DNA of 64,000 nt from Lobosporangium transversale (lineage: Eukaryota): NCBI RefSeq assembly GCF_002105155.1, contig NW_019028991.1, positions 248,001 to 312,000 of the forward strand, read 5' to 3'. The translations under genes were made by a program, and so were the position numbers. The notes below the pieces were generated by a model, which did no database searches, was not told where the DNA came from, and worked only from the letters and a program-made list of their open reading frames with translations. Of the stretch, positions 1-12,461 are shown piece after piece. The stretch's first letter is position 1. Each line of letters begins with the position of its first letter.

Positions 1-1653
1 AATAAATTGAGAGCTATAGGAGAGCAAGATCCCTACTATGTTCATGATCTCATTTGGACAGCTGAAGAGGAGAAGCAACTTGTCCGGATATTCGATCTGA
101 AAATCCTTTCCTGGATCGGAGTCATGTGTATGTCTCCAACTCGACAAGGGCTTTTTTTTTTTGTTCATTTACTGAATACATAGTATCAACACTAACAAAA
201 CTGCTCCTTTTTTTTCAGTCTTTTTCCTCCAGTTAGATCGTGGTAATATGTCCAACGCACTCACAGATAACTTGATGGTCGATATTGGTGTGGATCTCAA
301 CACCATCACACTCGGTACCGCAATCTTCGTTCTCTTCTTTTGTTTTTTTGAAATCCCCTCCAATATGATCATTCGTCGTGTGGGTCCTCACCGTTGGATC
401 CCTCTCCTAATGGTCCTCTGGGGCCTTGCCACAGCCACTCAGATGTTCATCAAAGATCGAGTCTCTTATTTCATCACTCGTGCCCTTGTCGGGACTTTCG
501 AAGCGGGTTATATCCCTGGCATTGCCATCTATCTGACAACATATTATAAACGTGAAGAAATGGCTTTAAGGCTATCAATCTTTTGGAGCACGCTTGCGAT
601 TGCCAGCTCATGCGCGGGCATCTTATCTTATTTTATCTTGCATATGCGTGGGATCGCCGGCTTAGAAGGGTGGAAATGGTTGTTTTTGATCGAAGGTGTT
701 GCAACGGTCTTTGTTGGCATTTTATCTTTCTTCATCTTGCCTGAAGGTCCCACAGCTACTAGGGGTTACCTTCGCTTTGCTGGTTATCTCACAGAACGCC
801 AAGAACTTATTGCAATCACTCGGTTGATTCGTGATGATCCATCCAAGGCGGATCCTTCAAAAAAGGTTGTCCCCAAAGCCGATATCTGGCGTGCAGTCCG
901 TTCTCCCCGTATCTGGCCCCATATATTGATCGGATTCTTTGGTTTACTCCCTTCGGTCCCTCTTCAGGGCTTTGCACCCTTGATCTTGAAGATGCTTGGA
1001 TTCAGTGCTCTGAAAACCAACCTGATGGCCATCCCCGGTTACCTTCTCAGTTTGATCATCATGTCTGCAGTTTCTTATTCTTCGGACCGATTTAAGGAAC
1101 GCGCTTTCCATGGTGCATTCGCGACAGTGTATTATGCGTGCTGTGTCGCTGGGCTGGCTCTGCTGCCTTTGGGCACAAACAAGATCAACTTATATATCTG
1201 TCTAATTTTTAGCATGGGTGGAAGCACATGCTGGCATCCAGTTAACGTAAGTCACATTGATGCCAATTACTCAACCGATAACAGAAAAAAAAAGTGACCT
1301 TATTTTATTATCATTATTATTAGGCTGCCTGGATTGCTGGTAATACTGCACCGGTGGGTAAGCGCACGATTGCGCTAGCCATGTATATCATGTCTGTCAA
1401 TCTCACAGCTATTGTTGGTACGAGCGTCTTCCGTGCCGAGGACGCACCTCGCTTTATCAAAGGCATGTGGGTCCTTTTCGGCTCACTTATCATCACTATA
1501 TCACTCTTCATTTTTCAAAGATACTATCTTATTTATATTAACAAGAAGCGTGCCAGGACCACTAAGGATTGGACCACTGACGATTGGAAACATTATAACA
1601 AGACCACTAAAGATGTTGGTGACGAACGCCTGGACTTTGTCTATTATTATTAA
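1..1653 (+). CDS. MFS transporter, anion:cation symporter / allantoate permease (Dal5/Tna1-like) family; 5' end outside window
   Basis: Open frame from base 1; GT-AG introns 128-218 and 1247-1323 join LQLDRGNM, FEIPSN, LVGTFEAG, GLEGWKWLFLIEG, SDRFKER and a C-terminal DFVYYY; many hydrophobic segments. Confidence 0.9.
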
Positions 1654-1818
1654 AAAGATGGCTTTTAATCTCATTTTCATCCCCTTTCCCCTTTCTCCCT
1701 TTGTAATAGATATAATAAATGCAAATGAGACATCTTTTTATATGATGCGTTTTGAGGGAGGAAGTTTTCTTTATGTACATTTTTTTTTCTTATCTATATT
1801 TTTACACAATGTTTTATG

Positions 1819-2734
1819 CTATGCTCTCGGGATCGCCCTTGGGTCACCTGTAATAGTTGAGCGTTTATGATGGTCCTTTCGACCAATTCTCTGTCTTTCA
1901 CCGCCATGGCCATTGGCACCAAAAAATCGCCCCTGGGCTTTATCCCGCGGCTTTGGCTGCTCAATATTATGAAGAGAACCTTCTCCCGTAGGAAAGGCTA
2001 TTGTACGACCCCTGCCATCACTAATACTATTACCATCGTCATTGCTACCGCTGCTGCCTCTCCTGCCATTGGCATGTATGCCAGACCCAGTAGCACTACC
2101 AGCGTTAGAATTCAAGGATGTACCATCAGGTTTATCCTTTTGTATTCTGTCCCGGTTCTGATCACCTCCATGATCGATACTGCTGTTACGGTTCCTTTCT
2201 TGATGCGCGGGCACTTCTTTCTCATAGCAAAGACGTGTTATGGCCCCATCACTACTCCTACTTAAAATCTTGGCTGCTCTCATAAATTCGCCTCGAATCG
2301 TGAACAAACTATAACGATCAACAGGTCGTCCAACATTGTGATCAAGTTCTAAATATATATATGACACAAACCAAGCAATAGAAAGGTAACGTCAGCATGA
2401 ATTTCAAATAGGAAAATAAAAAAGTAATATTTTGAGGACTTTAATGTTACCAAAGGGATCCTCGATACAGAAAAGATATCTGTTTTTGACGAAAGGCTTG
2501 AAATCTGTAGCCGGATGTATGTCCGATTGTTCAGATGGAATAGCGTCAGTTTCTTGTGTTTCAGCTTGCAACGTTGCTGTATCAGTAGACGCAGATGATT
2601 GCACATGTTGCTGATTCTGATTCTGATGCTGATGTAGTTGTTGTTGCTGTTGTTGCTGAGGTAGAATGTGCTAATAAAATAATTCAAGGAAGGTGTAAAG
2701 AAAGTATTAGTCCATCTGCAAATGAGCCAAACTC

Positions 2735-2770
<36 letters not shown>

Positions 2771-3108
2771 AAAAGTAGTGGTTTTTGTTCTCACTTACAT
2801 CTTTGGTCCATTCTTTGGCTTCCTTCGTCAAGAGTCCACCACTACGGATGCTGACTACATGCGTGGCATATCGAAATTCGCTAGCAAAGTACTTGAAGAA
2901 CTCGTAGAGCAGCTCTCCTACCGATTGATTCATTGCCTCGGGCGTCGGTTGCCAATACCGGCTTAGATTTGGAATATCCTCAAAAAAGTATCGATTGAAC
3001 CCCTGACAATCCCAATACGGGACCTTCCCATTTCCTACAACGATCGATTGGAGGTTGGGCAAGACTCCACGTCGTTGAAGAAGGTGAATCACTAGTAGCA
3101 CATAAGCG

Positions 3109-3153
<45 letters not shown>

Positions 3154-3713
3154 GAAAGTAGCGTTTATCATGTGATTATTACTGTCGATAATGAACAAAC
3201 ATTGACTCCAATGTTAAGAGAGTCTTAATCAGAAACATACCTGGATAACGATCCTGTATAAGGGTTGTTGATCTTCCTGCGTTTCGCCCAGGTCTTGACG
3301 ACGACAACAATATCTCGAAGACGTGGGTCAATTCTACAGTAAGCTCTTAATAGTCGTGTATTCCAGATTGCTAGATCATTCTGATATCCAATGTCGCATG
3401 CAATTCCATTAATATGGTTTAATTTCACGATAGGAACACGAGCTCGCTTCAGCTGCAGAATGTTTTCAAATTCGCTGTCCTTCTCTAACCGGTCTCCTAT
3501 CCGCTCCACAAATTCTACTGGAGAGACCTCTTCCTCTCCTTCTTTTGCATTCAAAAACACACAGACATCCATATCTGCATTCGCAAGCGCTAGCCCATTC
3601 CCAGAAGATCCGAATGGCAATACCTCCGCCTCATCAAACACCTCATTAGCGATTTCAGATAGCCTAACCATTTAGTACAAAAAAAGGCTTATCAGAATCT
3701 CGTCTTAATGCTT

Positions 3714-3753
<40 letters not shown>

Positions 3754-5395
3754 AAAAAGCCAACCTTTTGAGCAGTGCAAGCTTTCGAGTCTCTTCTTCA
3801 GGCTTGGGCATGAGATTATGACACAAACTTTTAGCGTCCCGTGTAATTACATCAAAAGCATGGGCAGAAGGGCGATAGGGGTCGTATTTTCTGTCAGAGT
3901 AAAAATCAATATCTTTGACAGAAAACGGAACTTTCTCAACTGAAGGCTCAAAGCTTGATTCTGGGCCGCTCATTGATGGGTTCTTGAACCGAGTTTCCAA
4001 AAAATTTGAGCGACGGTGACCAACTGGGGCCACTCCTGCTAGAGAAGAAAAGGAGGAAGAGGACTCGCTGCCTACACTTGTTTCGTGCTCGCCTTTATTG
4101 GCTTGGATTTGATCCACAGCAATAACAGGAGGAAATGATGGGATTGACTCTGGTTGTAGCTGCGTCTGCATTCGCGATTGCGTCTCAGGAGGATTGTTGA
4201 GAGAAATGCGACGTAATTGATTCTGCATATCCTTAAATTGCGCTTCCTCAATCTCCTGTACAGTCACTCCAGAGAGGGGTCGTAGATGCTTTTGGCTGAC
4301 GGCCTCAAGGTCGAGCTGGGAGCTGCCATTGGCAGTATTGTCGTTTTTGAACAAGAGCTTGTTGATTTGGGATTCAATATCTTTGATTTGATCCTGCTGT
4401 TCTACACTTGAAGCATGTAGTCGTTGGTCCGTAGGAACCGGAACGTGGCTATGGCTTACATCCTGCGAGGAAGCTGGCAATGGCGACTGGGTATACCCTT
4501 GATGATGATGTAGAGGATGTTGTGGGATGGGTTGAAACGAGTGGACTTGTTGCATATGCTGTTGCGGTTGCTGATGAAGCATCTGCTGATGCAGAAACAT
4601 TTGCTGGCGCTGGTGAAACTGCTGTTGCTGAAATGGCGCTTGGAAGGGTCCTCCTGGTACGGGATGCATAGGGAAATGCCCAAATTCAGAAGGTGGTGTC
4701 ATCCTGCCCATATGCATAAAGTGACCTGGGCCTGAAACTCTGTTTGGCCCACCAAAATCGCTGTCGAGACCAGGAGGAATATGGCCGCTGGCCATGTTGA
4801 GCATTGGTGGAGGGGGATGTTGCTGGTTCGTAAGCAGCTGGGTTCCCTCCTGTCTAACTTGAGGAGAGTCCACATTATGTAATCTATCAATGGGTGACTG
4901 CTGCCGTTCCTCCAGTACATGTCCAAGGTGAATATCAGGCTCTGCCGTCGATCCATCTACCATTAAATGAGGACTGAAGGGAGCTTGGATGACTGGTCGA
5001 CCATCACCATGTTGAGCTGGATGTTTTAACTGTCCTGTAGCCATCTGTGACGAATCAGCGCCATGCGTATGATGAGGTTGATGAAAGGGTTGATTGTACA
5101 ACTGATGGTGTTGATGGTACTGACGATGCTGATGATACAATTGCTGCTGCTGTACTTGGTTCTGCTGCATTAGCTGGATCATATTTAGGTGCATATATGA
5201 TGGAAAAGGAGAGTGTGATCGGATTCCGTTCCCAAAGACAATCTCGTGCTCTGATGGTCCTCCAGAAAGACCTGATAGTGCCATACCATGTTGCTGGTCT
5301 GAGGCCTGCTCCTGGCTCTGATCAGTACCAGACGATGGGAGAATCGTCTGATGTTGTTGCGGCTGTCGTTGTGTATCGTAGAGCGAAGGTTGCAT
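1819..5395 (-). CDS. Cid1/CutA-type terminal uridylyltransferase (non-canonical poly(A) polymerase family) with long Q/H/P-rich N-terminus
   Basis: Spliced exons give PFGSSGNGL..ADMDVC (GS + DxD), ARVPIVKL, CDI, KTWAKRR, GSLSSYAYVLLVIH and IEDPFELDHNVGR (nucleotide-recognition motif with His). ATG at 5395 is the first in-frame ATG; the start is uncertain. Confidence 0.9.
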
Positions 5396-5486
5396 TTCTG
5401 CTCTGCTAATTTTGTTCAACTATGGGGTTGGTAAAATTCTGCTCTTGCAGCTGTTAAGGCTTTAGCGACAGATTTCTGTGTAGGGA

Positions 5487-5494
5487 TGACGTCA
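5487..5494. promoter_or_regulatory. Perfect CRE palindrome TGACGTCA upstream of the TUTase gene
   Basis: Exact 8-mer about 90 bp upstream of the inferred ATG; function is inference. Confidence 0.35.
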
Positions 5495-5947
5495 AGAGGC
5501 CCCGATGCTGGGATCAAATCGCTTTCGAGCACGTTTTACGTTCCTCCTTTCGTTTCCTTATCCTCCTGAGTATTGAGGACTTGGGTTGCCAGAAAGATTT
5601 TGTCGATGTTCTTGTATTCAAAGCATGGAGTTACATTGGAATGGTGGTGTGTGCTCCCATCCTTTCCATGCTGTCTGTGAGACTGATGCGCAAAGCCACA
5701 CTCAAACACCCTACCCAATAGAATGATTTGTTGTGTGACTACTGCAACTATTCATTTTACTTGACTACATCTATTGACTCCTACGCCGCGTTACTGGATT
5801 AACCTGAAGCAGAGACTTTTAATGACCAGCGACGAGAATTAAATTGAATGAATATGAATATGTACATTAAAAAAAAAAAAAAAAAAAAAGAAATGGACAA
5901 GAGGCTAAAAGCTTTTTTATTGTATCAAGAACAAAATGTCATTTCAT

Positions 5948-7313
5948 TTAGAACTTGGCAAAGTTCTTGGCACCCTTGACGATCTTCTTCTGGACTTTGA
6001 GGACGTTGAAGCGGACAGTCTTAGAGAGGGGACGGCACTGGCCAACAGTAACAGAGTCACCCTGCTGAACTCCAATGAAGCAAGGCGAGATGTGAGCAGC
6101 CAAGTTCTATAATTTCATTTATTTAATATAGGATAAAATCAATCGTGGTTAATCATCAGTATCCAATATAGAACTCCACGGTTAACATAGAAGAAACTAA
6201 CAGGAAAAAAAATCAAGTCATTTAATTTACCTTGTGGCGCTTCTCATAACGGTTGTACTTGGAGATGAAGTGGAGATACTCGCGACGAATGATGATAGTG
6301 CGCTTCATCTTGGTCGAGATGATCTCGCCAGAGAGAATACGACCACGGATGGAAACATCACCGGTGAAGGGACACTTCTTGTCAATGTAATGACCCTCGA
6401 TGGCCTCCTTGGGGGTCTTAAAGCCAAGACCAACATCCTTGTACCAGCGGCTGTTCTTGCCAGCCTTCTTGCCAACGACCTTGGCGTTTTGGAAGATACC
6501 CTGCTGCTTCTGGAAAGCCTTCTCAATCTAGTGAATAGGAACAAAAAGTAAAGGATTCCAAAAGAGATTGTTGAGAAATCTATACCAATGCCGAAATATA
6601 TATAAAAAAGAGAAGACAGGAGGTATTTTTCTTTGTTCGGCTGATAAGGATCAACAAGTCGAAAAGATTTCGTTGAAGCTGAAGTGAGGAATTGACGCGA
6701 AGACCCATTTAGTGAAATAAAAAAGCCCTGTGTGAAGAGCGTTGAGTTGAGAAATCGACAGTGATTTTTCTGATCCAAAAGTTAACATCGTCCTGAAGTG
6801 GGGGTTTTTTTTTTTTTTTTTTTTTTTCGTCAATGGTCTTCGCGTCGAATTAACAAGTCTAGTTATCTTGTACTGTTAACGTGAAGAACTTATTTTTGAT
6901 TCCACGAGTGTTTGATGATTGCCAACATTTAGCTGAAAGCTTGGTTGGTGCAAATTGAGCTCAATGACAGATCATATTGAATGAATTTCAAAAATGCATG
7001 ATCAAGATGTTGAACTACATGAAAATGTCCTTCAGCTTTGGACGATCATTTTAATGGTCGAAATGTTGCATGAATCAAAATCTTAGGTGGATGTGGACAA
7101 CTGTATTCTTCTTGATCATGCAAAATGTCATAATTCTGCTCCTTTGATTCTTTCCATGTGCCGTCCCGGAATGATCAATTTCCAAATCCTGATTATTATT
7201 GTTGGATATTTTATTCTTCGTTGCACATGGTGTGATGATGCCACTTTTGTTTGTTTTCCATGGTTAAATCACCTCCCCCTCCCCTACTTCACAAGACGCA
7301 CCTGCTCAGACAT
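5948..7313 (-). CDS. RPS11: 40S ribosomal protein S11 (uS17)
   Basis: Exons 7313-7302 (MSEQ), 6527-6231 and 6106-5948 give [64 protein letters not shown]. Confidence 0.97.
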
Positions 7314-7484
7314 GATGAATAGTTGGCGAAAAAGGATGTACAAAGCTGGCCGCTGACGGATTTTTGTTATTTGCAAAATCTCGAAAATTTCTAATCCATG
7401 TGATTGGCTGTTGCGCCAGCCACTCCTAGGTTTATTCTATACCCTTAAGTATACCTTAAAATCGTCTAGACTGTCAAGCTTTCA

Positions 7485-7925
7485 CTATGTTCTTCGCTGC
7501 CACACGTCGCTCATAGTTTGAGTCGTAGGCAACGACGATGCCTTCGTTACTTTCCGGTCAGGATGAGACTGAAGCCACAGTGTGAGCTCGAAATTGACAC
7601 GGTCAAGATCATTCTGGCCGCGAATGAACTCTTGATCCTCCGGGATATGAAGGTTAGGATCATGCACTTGTCGGGTCGCATCCGTTGTGTGTCTCATAGA
7701 CAGACGGATCCTTTGATTCCGAACTTGATTTTGCATATTGACAGCAGTGGCACTGGAGGCAGTTGTGCGCTGTTGGGGTTCTACCTTCGCTTGGCATTCC
7801 ATCTTTGGTGCCTTTGAGCCAGGGTTATTATCAGATAACCGTATTCGTACAAGGTCTTGATCTAGCGATGAAACAAGATGACTTCTGCTTTGTCTCTTAG
7901 TTTGCTTGTGGTTTCCTTGATTCAT
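7485..7925 (-). CDS. hypothetical 146-aa protein
   Basis: Uninterrupted ATG-started ORF with coding-like composition between RPB3 and RPS11; no recognised domain. Confidence 0.45.
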   Translation of the reverse strand: MNQGNHKQTKRQSRSHLVSSLDQDLVRIRLSDNNPGSKAPKMECQAKVEPQQRTTASSATAVNMQNQVRNQRIRLSMRHTTDATRQVHDPNLHIPEDQEFIRGQNDLDRVNFELTLWLQSHPDRKVTKASSLPTTQTMSDVWQRRT

Positions 7926-8266
7926 GATGTGGTAAAATTTTATTCGCTGCGGGATGTGGTTTTTTTTTTCTGTGTATATGTGTGGTTACTAATGATGTTG
8001 AAAAGATGGGAAGTGTTCAGAAAAGCGATCGCGAGACCATGGCACTTTCCAGCCTTTTATAACCACAGCCAGCAGTAGCAAAGCAGGCAGGTCTTTTATA
8101 TTTAAAAGAAAAAGGATAGAAAAGAAAGGTGTCCGAACGACGCTATTTGTTATAGTATACATTTCTTTTATTAATAATATTTCTTGACACGCCTTTTCAT
8201 GAGGCAACAGGTTCCAAAAATAAACATCATGAGGGCTTTGCGTAAAATATAGTCATATTTTAATCT

Positions 8267-9449
8267 CTAATAACCCCAGCGTTGAGTGTCTTCTTTGAAT
8301 TCATCATCTAACTTAATCTGTAAACCTCCAAGCTTATCCTGCATAATAGTCATGGCGCGCAGAGCAACCTCTTCGGGCTTCATGCATCCAGACGTCTATA
8401 GTCAAACAAACAAATAAACAAAAAGACAACAGCTCAGAACGACGATAAGGCAATGCTAAGAAAAAAAAGTGGCATTGATGGCTTAAGAACGAACCTCCAC
8501 TTCCATATAGAACCGATCAGGCTTGGCGTTGTAGTCGAAAGGCTCATTAGGATCAACGGGTGTCTCCTCAGCGGCGTTCGAAGAAACAAACCACTCTGTT
8601 TTTTCATCCTCCTCAATCCAGTAGTGCGAATGTCTCAACTTGTTATAAGGATCGTATTCAAATGCAACACCATAAACAGGGCTCCATTTGGCATGCTCTT
8701 TAGCCACTCCTTTTTTCGCTACACACTTTAACTTTAGCTCTTGACCAGGTCTCATTTTGACAATCAAAATAGGATGCGCTTTGTCTAGGAGGAATGAAAG
8801 AAGATAAAGGTCGTCATGAACACTCGTCCAATCTTATCATTCATTTCCATATTATCATCATAAATCCTTCACTCTTACCATCCGATACAGGCTTGACAGC
8901 TTCATCACTACTGACAAGATCCAAGCTCGTAACTTGCCTGGTTTTATCAATTGTAGGATCATTCATATCATCGTAATCCACATTAACTTTAACATGGAGT
9001 GTCAACTCTACAGAACAATTGGGACAGTAAAGGGTGCAAGTACAGTCCTATTAATAATGATAATAATTGAATGGTAGAAATATTAGGCCACATTTATTTG
9101 AGGGAGAATGGCAAGCTTATACAAAAAAAAAAAAAAAAAAAAAACATACTCGTGTATACTGGATCCTGTCAACATCGAAACTTGTCAGAGGGATCATTCC
9201 CAAGCGATGTGCAATATACTCATCTGTTAATACTGTCGAATTGGTCTCAATCTCAACCATGTCGATTGCTATCATTTCAATGGGAAGGAAAAGATTAATG
9301 TTCTTCTTCTTAATCGAAGCATGAAAGTGGATCTGTAGATCCTTCTCAAAACCAAAACATAATAATATGACGACAATAATAACTTGATAGCATTATTTAC
9401 CCATTGTTGGGACCTCGGCAATCATGATACGTCTCAAGGCATTGGCGAC

Positions 9450-9485
<36 letters not shown>

Positions 9486-9688
9486 AGAGGAAAAATGTCA
9501 GGTCAGGCTTTAGACTTCATAGTGTTGTCCATACTGAGTAGTTGAAGTTGGTTTTTACATCTTTTCAAGTATGCTTCTGACATAAGCACAGATGTATACC
9601 TGAGATCTGTATTGCTGAGAACAAACTTCATGCTGTCCTTCTTAAGAGATCTGATGGACACTTCAGGTCCTCCATTGTACATATCCAT
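8267..9688 (-). CDS. RPB3: RNA polymerase II subunit RPB3
   Basis: Six inferred exons: [47 protein letters not shown], the DCTC..YCPNCSV Zn loop, [38 protein letters not shown]. Confidence 0.96.
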
Positions 9689-10034
9689 GGTTTCAACTAT
9701 AAAGTAAATTTCATAAATCGATAGTTGCTGACTGGTCCTTGTTATTTTATCCGAAATAAGGTCGCTTTAGTTGGTATCGCACTGCTGCTGCTGTTGGTTT
9801 TCTTCTCAACAGCATTAGTTGTGAAGAATCAAAATGTGGATGAGGCGTTCGTTTTTATAAATGTGCTGCGAGTTGTCACATGATGCGTTATTAAAAAATC
9901 GCAAGTGCTACATTGGGAGATTCTGTAGTTGGCGCGCGCACAGTTGCATTGAAGTTCTCCCATTTTACCTTCACATCTAACCTTTTTATATTTTCATTGC
10001 TTCAAACATTCCATCACATTATTATTTGGTCTGC

Positions 10035-12173
10035 ATGGGAGCCAATTTATCTGCAGCGGAATATAAAGCCGCCAAGGAAGCCTGGGTGACAGGACATACT
10101 GGTGGTTCTATGATGGAAGCTACACTTGTCACAGCCTCTGCATTAACGACATTCCTTCTCTGGACAAGCATTCAAAAATACCATCCCAAATCACCTGCCC
10201 ACCAGGCTCTCAACGTCACCTCCAAACAGGCCAAAGCTAGGGCTTGGAATAGTGTTGGATCATTTCTGTTGGATTTTTCCACCTTAGTGATGCCAATGCT
10301 CTTGAGTTGTACCTTGTTTTCGGATTATGCCTATCTATGGACTTTTGCCCTTTTAGCCTTTGCAGGTGCTGTCAGATCCGTCTGCGGACCAAGTGAACAT
10401 GAGGTCTTGAAGAAAGAGAAGAAACGTTTCAAGTGGAAGGATTCAGACGATGAATTTTCTGCAGATGATCAGGATGGTGATAGTAATAGTAATGAACCAG
10501 AAGTGAGCAAAGGATTGGGAACGACTCTCTCGCAAGGACATGATCAGGACCAGGACCAGGATGGAGGCCTTCGCCACCGTAAAGAGCCGCGCGAACCAGA
10601 TCACCACTCAGCTTTACAATTGGATAGTTCTAATATAGACATAACTAAAAACCTTAAGCCCTCGAAACATGTTGAAAATCCGCGCAAGATCTTTTTAAGT
10701 GTTTATCGTGCGGGAATGATGATCATGACTTGTATCGCTATTCTGGCAGTGGATTTTCCGATTTTCCCTCGTCGGTTTGGCAAAGTCGAAGTCTATGGCA
10801 CTTCTCTGGTAAGCCTGGTCAAAAAAAAAAAAAAAAAAAAAAAAAAACCTAGAATGCAGTGTTTCATAAAGTATATTAATTATTATTTTTATTATTATTA
10901 TTATTTTTAAATATATACAAGATGGATCTTGGAGTTGGATCATTCGTGTTTTCATCTGGAGTTGTTTCTGCCCGTGGATACCTCAAAAAAGAGACGATGT
11001 CCTTTGGAAAACAGATGGCGATTGCTCTCCGTACCTCCATTCCTTTGTTGATCCTGGGTCTGGGTCGCTATATCTCCACCAAGGGTGTTGACTATCAGGA
11101 ACACGTCACTGAGTATGGCATGCATTGGAACTTTTTTTTCACGCTTGGTTGCTTGCCTATCTTCGTCACTTTCTTCAGGAGCCTTGCAAGTCATGTGCGC
11201 TTTTCGCTATTAGGAGTTGCCGTCGCTGTTGGTAAAGTGCAAGAGACATTGATCGATTTGAGCCGAAACAAAGTATAATGCTTTTTGGTATATTGATCTC
11301 ATATATTTATTTTGTTATTTTTCTGGTATTATTAATAGTTTACCAAGTCTTTTTATCGTACGGAGGATTGGAAGACTATATCCAGAATGCGCCTCGCGTC
11401 GACATCATCAGTATGAATAAGGAAGGCATCTTCAGTTTTGCAGGTTACTTAGCTATTTTCTTGGTCGGTGTCGATGTAGGTCTGTATGTCCTCCCCAATG
11501 ATCCTTATTATTTTGTGCGTCGTAAGAGTAACAAGAAGAAGGCCAAGAAAGGCAAACTGGCCATGATCCTCCTCAGTCTCGACTTCTTGCTTACGATGGG
11601 TTTCATCACCAGTTATGGCATCCTCCATATCCCCGTTTCACGTCAAATGGTAAATTGTTATTATCATTGTTTACTATCATTCATTATTAGTATACTTTCT
11701 AGTATACATGCAACGATATCATCAAAGGCCAAGACTAAAAAGCATACGCATATGTTTTTTTTTAGGCAAACTTATCATACTTCTTCTGGGTGATTACGTT
11801 CAACGTTGGCTTTATCCTCTGCTTCTTATTAGCAGAGATTATCATCACTGCCAATGAGCCTTCAGCGTTGGCAATTGCACGTGCGCAGGCTAAAGCTAAT
11901 CTCACAACTGCAGGCAGTAGTAAAAAAAATCAACGTCCTGCTGCAACAGTTCTTCTACCACCATTGACATGCCCACCTCTTCTCGAAGCCGTCAACCGTA
12001 ACGGATTGGCCGTGTTCTTGGTCGCCAATGTTCTGACAGGCCTAGTCAATATGACCGTAAAGACTCTCTATACCCCCACGCCACAAGCCTTGGCTATCTT
12101 GACTGTATATATGGCAGCTGTTTCAGTTTTGGCGTGGACCTGGCAGGTCTTGGGATGGAAATTGAAGCTCTGA
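10035..12173 (+). CDS. GWT1: GPI inositol acyltransferase GWT1/PIG-W
   Basis: [87 protein letters not shown]; three GT-AG introns. Confidence 0.95.
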
Positions 12174-12461
12174 TTCCCCCCCCCCACCTCTCTTTGGCTG
12201 ATGAGATTGATTAATATCTAGAAAATATGTATACAAAATATATAAAATAATTAAAAAATCAGAGCAAAACTAGCTGAAACGTGCTTTCGTCAATGGGTAT
12301 CCTAAGTTGTATTTATTCATGTTATGAAAGAAAAGGAGAGAAGAGTGCCTGACTATCTACAAAAAATAAATGTGAATGCTAACAAACAAGAGCGAGGGGC
12401 ATGAGTAATAAAAATAATAATAATAAATCAAATAGACACATGTAATACATATTGGCTATGC

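Noticed and set aside
6234..6551. 105-aa + strand ORF
   Set aside because: Antisense shadow of the codon-biased RPS11 exon.
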